From positions 1-64,000 of the IMG/VR virus record IMGVR_UViG_3300027996_002186: DNA of 64,000 nucleotides; one strand, written 5' to 3'. Positions 55,566 to 64,000 of this stretch are shown piece by piece. How positions within the stretch are numbered: position 1 is the stretch's first letter; each line of letters opens with the position of its first letter. The translations under genes were made by a program, and so were the position numbers. The notes under the pieces were generated by a model. That model worked only from the letters and a program-made list of their open reading frames with translations, was not told the origin of the DNA and made no database searches.

Positions 55566-57683
55566 ATGGCTAAAGAACCGGATGTATCAGTAAGAGTTAG
55601 AGCAATTAATACAAATCTAGATGAGAGGCACTCAGGGTTGGGTGATATAGAGGTTCGTGTTATTCATGAGGGTGGTAAAAAATATAAAGTCGCTTGGATT
55701 CCTAAGGGTGGATACGGATATGTTACGGAATTTAAAAAGAAAGGCAAATATGAATTATACACTGCTGAAAACTTTATACATGCTGTGATTTATCAAGCAA
55801 CTAAGATTAAACTTGGAGGAAATTCTTCTATCGTTGATGTTAATGATTATAAATTATTTGGTGATGATCAATATTATGAGATAATACAAAATCCCTTTGA
55901 GCAAAATCCCCCATTGTATAGATCTTTTGGTAATGATCCATATTATTTAAATAATCAAACTAAAGTCAGTATATTTTGGTTTATAGGTGATAAACAATCT
56001 ATATCTAGATTGGAGTTTAGTAAAACTTATGCACAAACTGAAGCAGTTAACTCAGTTAATGCGGTAACTGGGAATTTCGAACTTCGGGCGACATTTGGAG
56101 GTACAGAGGGTGTGTGGTCAGGTGGTGCTCTTTGGAGTCTTCCTAATGGTCGAGAGAAATTACGAAATACCAGAGATACAAATGGTGAGGGTATATTTAG
56201 TGAGGGTAATACATATGATGACAAGGCTGCTTGGGGTCAAATTTATGGATTATATATTGAATCTGATAATACATATGAAGACCCGTTAAATATTATAGAA
56301 TATAAGAAATGTGATATAAAGAAATATGTCTTGATAGAGCATAAAGAATCCGGTGAGAAATTCACACTTGAGGAGAATATGACAGATTTCGTGGGCCCCT
56401 TCACAGGAGAAATAGAAAAACAATATGGGTTTGAAATAGATGGGGAAATACTCGATGTGGAAATACTCGAGTCTATCTTGACTATTTGGAAAAAAAAGGT
56501 TGCTGATTATGATGCACTTGATGTTTGTTATAAGGACTATGGGAATACCAAAGGTAAGGATTTACCTAAACACTTTTCTTGTAATGAGGTTGAGTATAGA
56601 AGTCCTATACAAATAGAACCAAAAGAACCGGAACCTACACCAAACGAAGAATCTGTACAAACACAGGGCACACCAAAGATTAAACTGAGTGTTGTTTTAC
56701 CGGAAGATTTCGAGTTGAAGGTTAAAGAAGATTTAGATGAGGTTAAAGTTTATATAGGTGATCCACCATCAGATGGTTTTGTTTTCCAGGATGATTTTGA
56801 TAATCTAGAAGAGTTGGATCCTGAATATATGGAGTCTGATTTTGAAGGAAGTCAAGAGGTGATAAATACACCAGAAGAGGTTGAAGAAAATATGGAGGTT
56901 GCTAAAGTTGATAATACTGGACCTCCTTCCGCTGTAATATCAACTGGTGATTTTACGTGCTCTGAGCCCCGTCAATCATCCGATAGCACCTTTCAGAATA
57001 ATAAAGTACCTTATTATTTCCAATATGATACTAGATGGAATTATGTCATATTTGGATTATCGAAGGAAAAACAGTTTATAGAGGATGAAATCTTACCAGC
57101 GCTTTCAAGAGGTTCTTCAGGTAAGCTATATACTGTTAATTTTAAAGGAAGTAGTTATAAGATACAATGTGATCATAGAAGTGGGGATAAAGGGTATTCC
57201 GGAATTGGAGGTGGTGGGTGTGGTCCTACTAGTTTGGCTATGGTTAGTAATTACTGGGCAAAAAGGAATGGTAAAGGAGTTTATACATCCCCTGTAAAAA
57301 CAGCAAAAATGATATGTGATCTAGCTATCAGTGCTCGACCTGGTCCACCATGTAGCGGTACTGCCATGCGTACAGTAGAAAAAAAATGTAATGACACACT
57401 ATCTTCGTTATTCGGTTTTAAATTACGGAAAGTCAGTAAGGAGCAAGCGATTTCTAGAATTAAAAGTGGAAATCCAGTTATATGGCAATGTAGGCAAGGA
57501 TCAGGTTACAACAAAACGGGTGGTAAGAAGAAGTATGGTGGTCATTATATGGTGATATCCGAATTTAGAGATGGTAAATTTTGGGTAAGTGATCCTGGTA
57601 ATAAATCCAAAAAGGGTATTGTATATTTAGATTCCACGTTGAGTACTTGTAAAGGTTATTACTTTGAATGTTATAAGGCATAA
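55566..57683 (+). CDS. virion protein with C-terminal C39-like cysteine peptidase
   Basis: YYFQYD.RW, GCGPTSLAMV, GHYMVI, VSDPG (Q, C, H, D). Confidence 0.8.
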   Translation: MAKEPDVSVRVRAINTNLDERHSGLGDIEVRVIHEGGKKYKVAWIPKGGYGYVTEFKKKGKYELYTAENFIHAVIYQATKIKLGGNSSIVDVNDYKLFGDDQYYEIIQNPFEQNPPLYRSFGNDPYYLNNQTKVSIFWFIGDKQSISRLEFSKTYAQTEAVNSVNAVTGNFELRATFGGTEGVWSGGALWSLPNGREKLRNTRDTNGEGIFSEGNTYDDKAAWGQIYGLYIESDNTYEDPLNIIEYKKCDIKKYVLIEHKESGEKFTLEENMTDFVGPFTGEIEKQYGFEIDGEILDVEILESILTIWKKKVADYDALDVCYKDYGNTKGKDLPKHFSCNEVEYRSPIQIEPKEPEPTPNEESVQTQGTPKIKLSVVLPEDFELKVKEDLDEVKVYIGDPPSDGFVFQDDFDNLEELDPEYMESDFEGSQEVINTPEEVEENMEVAKVDNTGPPSAVISTGDFTCSEPRQSSDSTFQNNKVPYYFQYDTRWNYVIFGLSKEKQFIEDEILPALSRGSSGKLYTVNFKGSSYKIQCDHRSGDKGYSGIGGGGCGPTSLAMVSNYWAKRNGKGVYTSPVKTAKMICDLAISARPGPPCSGTAMRTVEKKCNDTLSSLFGFKLRKVSKEQAISRIKSGNPVIWQCRQGSGYNKTGGKKKYGGHYMVISEFRDGKFWVSDPGNKSKKGIVYLDSTLSTCKGYYFECYKA

Positions 57684-57778
57684 AATCTCACATTAGTTAT
57701 TACGGAGATAACGAGTTCTATGATAGTTTATCAAACTAATCGAGTGGTTATTTAAGAACAAGAATACTATCAATATAA

Positions 57779-57997
57779 TTACCAAGTTCTGATAGAACTT
57801 AAAGGTGTATTTCCTGAGTTAGGAGCTGCATCTACAAGTACTAATAAATTAGATAAAGCTAATTCATATGTTGTTCCGGTAGCGGATAAATTAACTTCCG
57901 GCATAATAGCAATGAATAATCCGGGATCGTTTCTTCCTGAAGTAGCAAGTCCGGATGGTTGATAATGTATGTTTATTAGATATGTAGGATTTACCAT
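57779..57997 (-). CDS. small protein, tandem duplicate copy 2
   Basis: MVNPTYLINI.Y.PS...MPEVNLSATG.TYELAL.NLL.LVDAAPN..N.PLSSIRTW. Confidence 0.8.
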   Translation of the reverse strand: MVNPTYLINIHYQPSGLATSGRNDPGLFIAIMPEVNLSATGTTYELALSNLLVLVDAAPNSGNTPLSSIRTW

Positions 57998-58018
57998 TTT
58001 AAGTATTTTTAATTATTT

Positions 58019-58273
58019 TTACCAAGTTCTGATAGAACTTAAAGGTCCATTTACTGGGTTAGGAGCTGCATCCACAAGTATTAATAAATTATCTAAAGCT
58101 AATTCATATGTTGATCCAGTAGCGGATAAATTAACTTCCGGCATACCAGCAACGAAACAAGCAGGTCCATATGTGTTTACTGATGATGTTACACCACCAA
58201 CATTTACGAGTTGTTGTCCACTAAGATGAGATGGACTATAAGATATGTTTATTAGATATGAAGGATTTACCAT
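58019..58273 (-). CDS. small protein, tandem duplicate copy 1
   Basis: Near-identical to copy 2 except the central loop; TTAATATATA at 58295-58304. Confidence 0.8.
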   Translation of the reverse strand: MVNPSYLINISYSPSHLSGQQLVNVGGVTSSVNTYGPACFVAGMPEVNLSATGSTYELALDNLLILVDAAPNPVNGPLSSIRTW

Positions 58274-58311
58274 TTTAATTAGTATATTTTTAATTATATA
58301 TTAATTTTCAA

Positions 58312-59856
58312 TTATATAAATTTATCGAAATCACTTTTTCTGATAAGTGTGTATGTAAAGGTATCTTTATTTGTAACTTTTACTTGATTTTCACAATTAT
58401 TCATAAACTGTTTAAATTGTCTAGATTTCTTAAATACCTGACAGCCTTTCGACCAGTTATAAACATTATTAGAACTACCACCTTTACTAGATCTGTGTAT
58501 ATTTATACCAAATGATCCTTCTTCTGTACTAGCTTTGAAGTTATATGCTCCATCTTTATCATTTCTGTGTACTATACTCTTGGCGTATTTTAGACATTTA
58601 TGATCTTTTTTACCCTGGTGTAATCCTATCTTATATTGATCGATATATTGACCAAGTGCTAACACAGCAACATTTTTCGGTAACTTCTTAGTCTTCGGTA
58701 TAAAACCTGGAGTTGTAGTTACATTATATTCCATCGATATCCATGTGTTATTCACATTTTTAAAGAAAACATAAATAGTATCATCAAATTTATTCGAAAC
58801 GGTTCCATCATCTTTAGTTCTAATACCAACTATATTCATCATACCAACTTGGTCATAAACCACATAACCCTTTGATTGCATAAACCTTACCCACTTATTT
58901 ACTTCCTCATTAGATTCTGTTGATGTCAGATCTATTGGTGGATTTGTGTTTTCTGCTGGTACATCGTCCGGTTCTCCATCCGTTGCTGGTGCAACATAAT
59001 CTTCATCATATTCTTGCTTAGGACCATCTAGAGGTTTGAAATCTTCATCAGTTTTAGCTGTCATATCATTTTCAATTCCTCCTACTTCTTCTGGACCCTT
59101 TGTTGAATCCCAAGCATCCCCTACTTGTGGATCATCTTGTCTTTCAGGGAAAGAGTGGCATCTAACAGCAGTTACTTTATTATTATCTACTATATTAACG
59201 TGATGTGATAGAAAGACCGGATCTCTCAAAGATTTATATTTTAATAGAACTGATATCATTTCTGGATTTGGTACAACCGGAGCTCCCAAGTTTCCTAAAT
59301 AAGGACCGGCTTTGCTACCCAATAGGTTATCCACAAACTCATCAAACCAATCCATCCAATGATTACCTAATATAGCTTGTTGTGAAGCACCAGCATCCCC
59401 AATATTAACATCTCTATTATTATCTTTAAGATTTAAATCAATTGTATCTTCTGTTATATTAATATTATTATACTTATAGTCTATTTTAAGTCCTTCATCA
59501 TCATTAACATAAATTTGTGTTTTGTGATCAAAAATCAAAGACTTCATCGATTTATAATTATCACCATCTAAAGATTCTAACTTCTTTTCTAAATTTACAT
59601 TGTAGTGATCTGAGAATATGAATTCTGGTTTATATTCATCACCTTGGTCAAAAACAACAATTAAAACTTTACCCTTTTCTGGTACATTAAATTCATTACC
59701 ATTTATATCTTTCCATGGTGTAGCCCAGGGTAAATCCTCTAGCTTCATTTCATCAAAAATATCCATAACCCTAACTTTAACTCTCCCGAGTTTCTTAGGA
59801 TCTGCATTGTCTTCGACAACACCTATATATGTTTTGTTAGCTTCTACTTTATTCAT
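58312..59856 (-). CDS. gp5/VgrG-like baseplate hub/spike protein (OB-fold) with C-terminal putative peptidoglycan-acting domain
   Basis: YIGVVEDN.DP.KLGRVKVRV...LPWA.P...VPEKG; C-term GINIH...WSKGCQVF (YkuD-like H/C pair). Confidence 0.8.
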   Translation of the reverse strand: MNKVEANKTYIGVVEDNADPKKLGRVKVRVMDIFDEMKLEDLPWATPWKDINGNEFNVPEKGKVLIVVFDQGDEYKPEFIFSDHYNVNLEKKLESLDGDNYKSMKSLIFDHKTQIYVNDDEGLKIDYKYNNINITEDTIDLNLKDNNRDVNIGDAGASQQAILGNHWMDWFDEFVDNLLGSKAGPYLGNLGAPVVPNPEMISVLLKYKSLRDPVFLSHHVNIVDNNKVTAVRCHSFPERQDDPQVGDAWDSTKGPEEVGGIENDMTAKTDEDFKPLDGPKQEYDEDYVAPATDGEPDDVPAENTNPPIDLTSTESNEEVNKWVRFMQSKGYVVYDQVGMMNIVGIRTKDDGTVSNKFDDTIYVFFKNVNNTWISMEYNVTTTPGFIPKTKKLPKNVAVLALGQYIDQYKIGLHQGKKDHKCLKYAKSIVHRNDKDGAYNFKASTEEGSFGINIHRSSKGGSSNNVYNWSKGCQVFKKSRQFKQFMNNCENQVKVTNKDTFTYTLIRKSDFDKFI

Positions 59857-59863
59857 TATATTC

Positions 59864-61720
59864 TTATCTTCTTTGACCGCCATTAGAGAATCCACCACCA
59901 ACTGCACCACCCAATGAGTCTCCTAAAAACCCAACTAAATCACCCCTTACATCATAGAAAAATCTTTGTGACACATTACTACCAGCATTCAATAATGAAC
60001 CTTGTTCTCCTGGGCCAAGCTCATATATATTTTTGGGTGGTGGTATCGTACCTCCCTGTAATGATATTGCTGCTTTATTTAATGTTCTGGCTAATAATTG
60101 TGCTTTTGTGTTTATAACACCTTGTAATTCTTTTTTAGCAGATGATACCAATCTATCCTTAGCTTTTTTTGCCGCAGCTTTAGCCTTTCCTTTAGATGCT
60201 TTCTTATCTCCTTCTAAACTTTCCCCATCACTCGGTGGATCATCAGCGGTTAGGACTTCAGGAGCCAGTATAATTTCTGTTGTTCCTAATTTATTTATAC
60301 TTTTTAAAACAAATGGTGATTCAACACCATTTTCTCTTAACTTATTTTTACCAACTGTGAAGAAATTTGGTATTGATGTGTCTCCAACTGATTGTGTTCC
60401 TCTTGCTCCTGGGTTACCAATTTTCCAAATAGCACCACTATCATAACCAACATAGCTACCAAAACCATCACCGGTTGGTACAAACTTTTCAAATTTAACG
60501 GCTGAGTATTTATAATCAAATGTTACTGGTGTTGTGCCTTGCGCAGCAATACTACCCATGTCTATCTGAGCTGGGTGAGGTAGTTGGTCAAAAAAGAATT
60601 GACATTCTCTTAGAGAATAAACATATCTAGATACATTATCCTTTATTATTTCTAAATTACCAGTCTCTACTGCTTTTCTAACCCTGTTAAAATTTCTACA
60701 TTCCGAAACTACTATATCACAATTAAATCTCAATAGATTCTCAGGAATCATTCCCTTACCATTTGGTTTAGACCAATATAATAATTTATAAAGATGTGTT
60801 AAAGTACCAACACTCAAAGAAACATCTTCCAAAAAGTCTAATGTTATGACATCTTTTCTATAATCAGTAATATATTTTAATGTTCCTGGTTTATTACTCT
60901 CTACTAAGAAGTTTAGACCTGTTATTTTTTGTATATAATAACCCATATAAGCTTTTTTACCCAATTGAAAAATTGATTTCGAGTTATCAAAACTAGCTGA
61001 GTTTACACCACTATTACTCATTGTTGTTTGTTCTGGATCAATCCTTAATGTTCCTTTTGTTTTGAAAAATTTCAAAAATTGTTGCTTAAAATCCTCATAT
61101 ACTGGTATCCTAGCGGCCATTTCATTTATTCCCTTATATTGATTTAAAAAATCTATCACAGATCCGTTTAATAATGGTGATGATATACCATCAATTATTA
61201 AATCAAATCCATACATAACCGGATCATTATTTTCGAATGGTGTTGCTTTGAATTGACTCAATCTTAAATCAGAAGCACCTTCTGAATTTTCAATTGGTGT
61301 TAACCCATCAATTATTTGTAAACCGTGTTTAAAATAATCCGTTTTATTATCATCAAATATCATATAATGATCTCTCATGGAATAAGGGATATCTTCTAAA
61401 TCTGCACTTGATTTCGGTAAATCTTTACTTTCGTTAAATCTATCCGTAGTATCTAAATCAATTAAACCATTTGGTGTTATTTTCTGACCTAACCAATCTT
61501 CATATTCATATTGTCCATATTTAATTTTAACAGCTTCTTGCTGCTTCCCAAAAACAGACAATGATGGTTGTATCAAAACTGGTGGTAAGAATCCAGAAGT
61601 TTTTGAAAAATCGGGATTTACTAATGTTTGTGGCCAAGGATTACTCACAAAAGCAATAATACTTGATGCTGAGTTAGATATTTTCTCTTTTAAATCTGTG
61701 ATTTTGTCGAATACTCCCAT
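59864..61720 (-). CDS. putative tail/baseplate structural protein
   Basis: 618-aa ORF directly upstream of gp5-like gene; TTAATATATA at 61728-61737. Confidence 0.65.
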   Translation of the reverse strand: MGVFDKITDLKEKISNSASSIIAFVSNPWPQTLVNPDFSKTSGFLPPVLIQPSLSVFGKQQEAVKIKYGQYEYEDWLGQKITPNGLIDLDTTDRFNESKDLPKSSADLEDIPYSMRDHYMIFDDNKTDYFKHGLQIIDGLTPIENSEGASDLRLSQFKATPFENNDPVMYGFDLIIDGISSPLLNGSVIDFLNQYKGINEMAARIPVYEDFKQQFLKFFKTKGTLRIDPEQTTMSNSGVNSASFDNSKSIFQLGKKAYMGYYIQKITGLNFLVESNKPGTLKYITDYRKDVITLDFLEDVSLSVGTLTHLYKLLYWSKPNGKGMIPENLLRFNCDIVVSECRNFNRVRKAVETGNLEIIKDNVSRYVYSLRECQFFFDQLPHPAQIDMGSIAAQGTTPVTFDYKYSAVKFEKFVPTGDGFGSYVGYDSGAIWKIGNPGARGTQSVGDTSIPNFFTVGKNKLRENGVESPFVLKSINKLGTTEIILAPEVLTADDPPSDGESLEGDKKASKGKAKAAAKKAKDRLVSSAKKELQGVINTKAQLLARTLNKAAISLQGGTIPPPKNIYELGPGEQGSLLNAGSNVSQRFFYDVRGDLVGFLGDSLGGAVGGGFSNGGQRR

Positions 61721-61779
61721 AATGATTTATATATTAAAAATATCCTACTCTAATAGAAGTTTGTTGAAAATTAAGGTGA

Positions 61780-63960
61780 TTAAGCAGGGGCGTATTTACC
61801 AGTACCATTTTTTTCGGCTCTAACATCATTATAAGTAGCTAAAGCAGCTTCACACTTCTTTATTCTTTCACCAGCGTGATGTTTGTAATAGTCCCTATTG
61901 GATACTCCGTTTTTATAGATTGCATCAGGCTTCTTTAGTGGTCGGCCGACTGAACCAGGAACCTCAAAGTCACATAAAATTGCTTCACAATAAGCACCTA
62001 TTGTTTGTGTTGGCTTACCACCCTTTTGGTTGATAAAAGTACCATTCTTTATCAACTTAGCTGAATTACCAGATGGAATACCAGCGAACATTTTTTGAAT
62101 TCTACCTCCTTTACCGGAGCTCTGAGTCAATTCAGATATTAAAAAGGCACATTGTGCCTCAAATAAATAAGGCACTGATTTCAAATATACTTCGAGTTTA
62201 TTTAAAGTATCTCTTCCAATCTTAACAGTTCCGCCTCCATGTGGTCTTGGATCTGTATCAAGGAATCCATTCTTCAAAGCTGAAGTCTTAACTCCTTTGT
62301 TAGTTAGATACTCACCACAAAATTTCTCCATGTTATATCTCCTTGAATATGTCCATTGAGCTAAGCCGAGACCAGAGAATACTTGACATTTACCTTTCTT
62401 ACACGTATAATGTTTTACTGATCCTTGTTTTGCGTTCTCTTTTGACCACCGTTTTGCACCCATCCCACCGGGTACTATGTAATTTGCTTGATTTTCAATA
62501 TTCCAAAATTTAAAACTTGATTCTGCATCGATATTACCACAGATACCAGCTGCTTGGTCTTTTGTAAACCCGCCCTCCTTGATTAACAATTCCATCAAAA
62601 TATAAATCGCCTGTCGTTTCGTTTGGTTGTTACTAGGTGATGCTGGTGTAGGAGGTTCACCAGTAGCTGGATCAGCGTCTGGATCATTGGATCCATTCTG
62701 TTCCCGCGCCTCATCCCGCTCCTCAGCTGCTTCTGCTTCTGCCTCCTCTTGACCTAAGAATGCAGTTTCTCGGTACTCATCGTCCAATTCACCAAGTTGT
62801 TCAAAATCATCCTGGAAAACAAACCCACCGGGTTCGATTAGTGTTAATTTACCAATTTTTGAATCTACTATTATTGATAAAGAATCTTCATATGATTTGA
62901 GAGAATCGTTACTAGTTGTTCCGCCGCTTGCACTTCCACTTGATAAAGGAAGAAACACTCCCTCAATTTCAACATTGAATGTTATTATATTTTTTTTTGA
63001 TTCTACATCACCGCTTTGTGAACCCGTAATTACAGGCGCGGGCTCTTCTACTTCTTCTTCTGGTAGTAATTTTATGGGGCTTTTATACTCTACTAATTCT
63101 CCTGAATAATATAAACCTTTTTCACTTTTAGCAGGTGTTGAATTAGCCGCCCCCAATCTACCACCACCTTCGGGGTTATATATGTTACAAGCCACACCAT
63201 TACCAAATATTTTATTAGTGTTCCCATCCTTCGCTGGCCACCTACCGAGTGATGTTTCCTGTGGATCTATCAACTCACATTGACCAACATTATAATTAGG
63301 TACTTTTTTATTCCAAGCAGATAGTATATCATTTATGATATCAACATCATCAACATTACCAGTATATTTCTTTTCTTGCTTCTCTAATTTTGTTGTGGTA
63401 GATTTCCCAGTATCGTCATAAGTCGTTTCATATCCAACCTTAGTAGATAATTCTAATAAATTATCCTCTGTTATATAAAGAACAGATTCTTCGGTCTTCC
63501 ATTGTGGATCAAAAGAAGGGTCACTAGGAGTCCGTATGGTTACCGACTTAATTATTCTAGATTTGATACTTTGATAAATTATCAAACCATTACCATCTCC
63601 AATACTACCATCACTATAATAGGATTGTGTGGGTGATACACCATCAGGTAATGCTAATTCATTACCTTCATCATCACTCCATTGTTCACCACCCAACATA
63701 GTATATGGACCAACAGTGCGCCCAAAGTATGTAGTATCTCCATTTTCATCGACCTGACTAGAAGATGCGCCGAAGTCTGGTGATGTCCATCTAATATCTA
63801 CCCTTGTTCCATTATTTAAATGATAATAATCGGATCCGAAGTTTCTTTTTCTAGCTATATTTACTGACCAGGGGTCCTGTATTATTTCAGAGCCTTTGGG
63901 TATTTTACCCGAGGCCGAATTCACATGCAACCAATCAGCTATGATTTCATCGGAACTCAT
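61780..63960 (-). CDS. virion protein with C-terminal phage tail lysozyme domain
   Basis: QAAGICGNIDAES.F, GLGLAQWT..RR, AQ..F...EL, FEVP; N-terminal scaffold paralogous to 55566..57683. Confidence 0.8.
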   Translation of the reverse strand: MSSDEIIADWLHVNSASGKIPKGSEIIQDPWSVNIARKRNFGSDYYHLNNGTRVDIRWTSPDFGASSSQVDENGDTTYFGRTVGPYTMLGGEQWSDDEGNELALPDGVSPTQSYYSDGSIGDGNGLIIYQSIKSRIIKSVTIRTPSDPSFDPQWKTEESVLYITEDNLLELSTKVGYETTYDDTGKSTTTKLEKQEKKYTGNVDDVDIINDILSAWNKKVPNYNVGQCELIDPQETSLGRWPAKDGNTNKIFGNGVACNIYNPEGGGRLGAANSTPAKSEKGLYYSGELVEYKSPIKLLPEEEVEEPAPVITGSQSGDVESKKNIITFNVEIEGVFLPLSSGSASGGTTSNDSLKSYEDSLSIIVDSKIGKLTLIEPGGFVFQDDFEQLGELDDEYRETAFLGQEEAEAEAAEERDEAREQNGSNDPDADPATGEPPTPASPSNNQTKRQAIYILMELLIKEGGFTKDQAAGICGNIDAESSFKFWNIENQANYIVPGGMGAKRWSKENAKQGSVKHYTCKKGKCQVFSGLGLAQWTYSRRYNMEKFCGEYLTNKGVKTSALKNGFLDTDPRPHGGGTVKIGRDTLNKLEVYLKSVPYLFEAQCAFLISELTQSSGKGGRIQKMFAGIPSGNSAKLIKNGTFINQKGGKPTQTIGAYCEAILCDFEVPGSVGRPLKKPDAIYKNGVSNRDYYKHHAGERIKKCEAALATYNDVRAEKNGTGKYAPA

Positions 63961-64000
63961 ATCTTTATACCTATTACCTTTATAATCCCCTTCACCTAGA

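Noticed and set aside
1064-63109. Many antisense or alternate-frame ORFs in the track (e.g. 1355, 2012, 7610, 15938, 25027, 28973, 33700, 36953, 53572, 60033)
   Set aside because: They are shadows of well-supported genes on the other strand or frame, with no motifs or promoters.
1-64000. Stop-codon reassignment (TAG/TGA) as in some huge phages
   Set aside because: Recognisable genes are full length in code 11 and TAG/TGA end genes normally; the single in-frame TGA near 10915 is in a truncated relic.
1-64000. CRISPR array, integrase/transposase, rRNA
   Set aside because: No regularly spaced repeats or such genes were seen by eye.

Overview
Very AT-rich, densely coding segment of a large (jumbo/'huge') T4-like tailed phage genome, standard genetic code. 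A Bacteroidota host is likely: Bacteroidota-type TAnnTTTG promoters, no Shine-Dalgarno sites, a T9SS cargo protein and a DUF2490 barrel. Contents: a LamG fibre cassette (4.9-8.7 kb), a baseplate/tail-tip module (53-64 kb), host-like genes (csp, rnhA, clpP, rnpA, FKBP/slyD, rpiB, S2P protease, class III cyclase, response regulator) and many small hypothetical genes. Main unexplained structure: about 30-34 otherwise unrelated proteins start with the same N-terminal peptide, M-[KR]-[YH]-[LI]-K-x-[FY]-x(0-4)-[NFL]-E-[SG]. It resembles the T4 capsid-targeting sequence MKTYQEFIAE plus prohead-protease Glu sites. Most of these genes sit a few nt behind a TTAATATATA motif that also precedes the tail genes. 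This suggests a large late-expressed, head-packaged and injected protein arsenal (nuclease-like, lysozyme, NUDIX, GNAT, DHH, amidoligase, Cu-storage, zinc-finger proteins and an ~11-member paralog family). A separate, non-overlapping set of proteins shares a C-terminal R-D-x-K-[IL]-N-x-I-L tag. Also present: three promoter classes with near-leaderless spacing, a non-canonical tRNA-like element, several candidate structured ncRNAs, gene relics and a frameshifted baseplate gene. Two entries in the supplied ORF track (8840..9535 and 9985..10821) are labelled + but are on the - strand. All protein family calls are by motif recognition, not database search.
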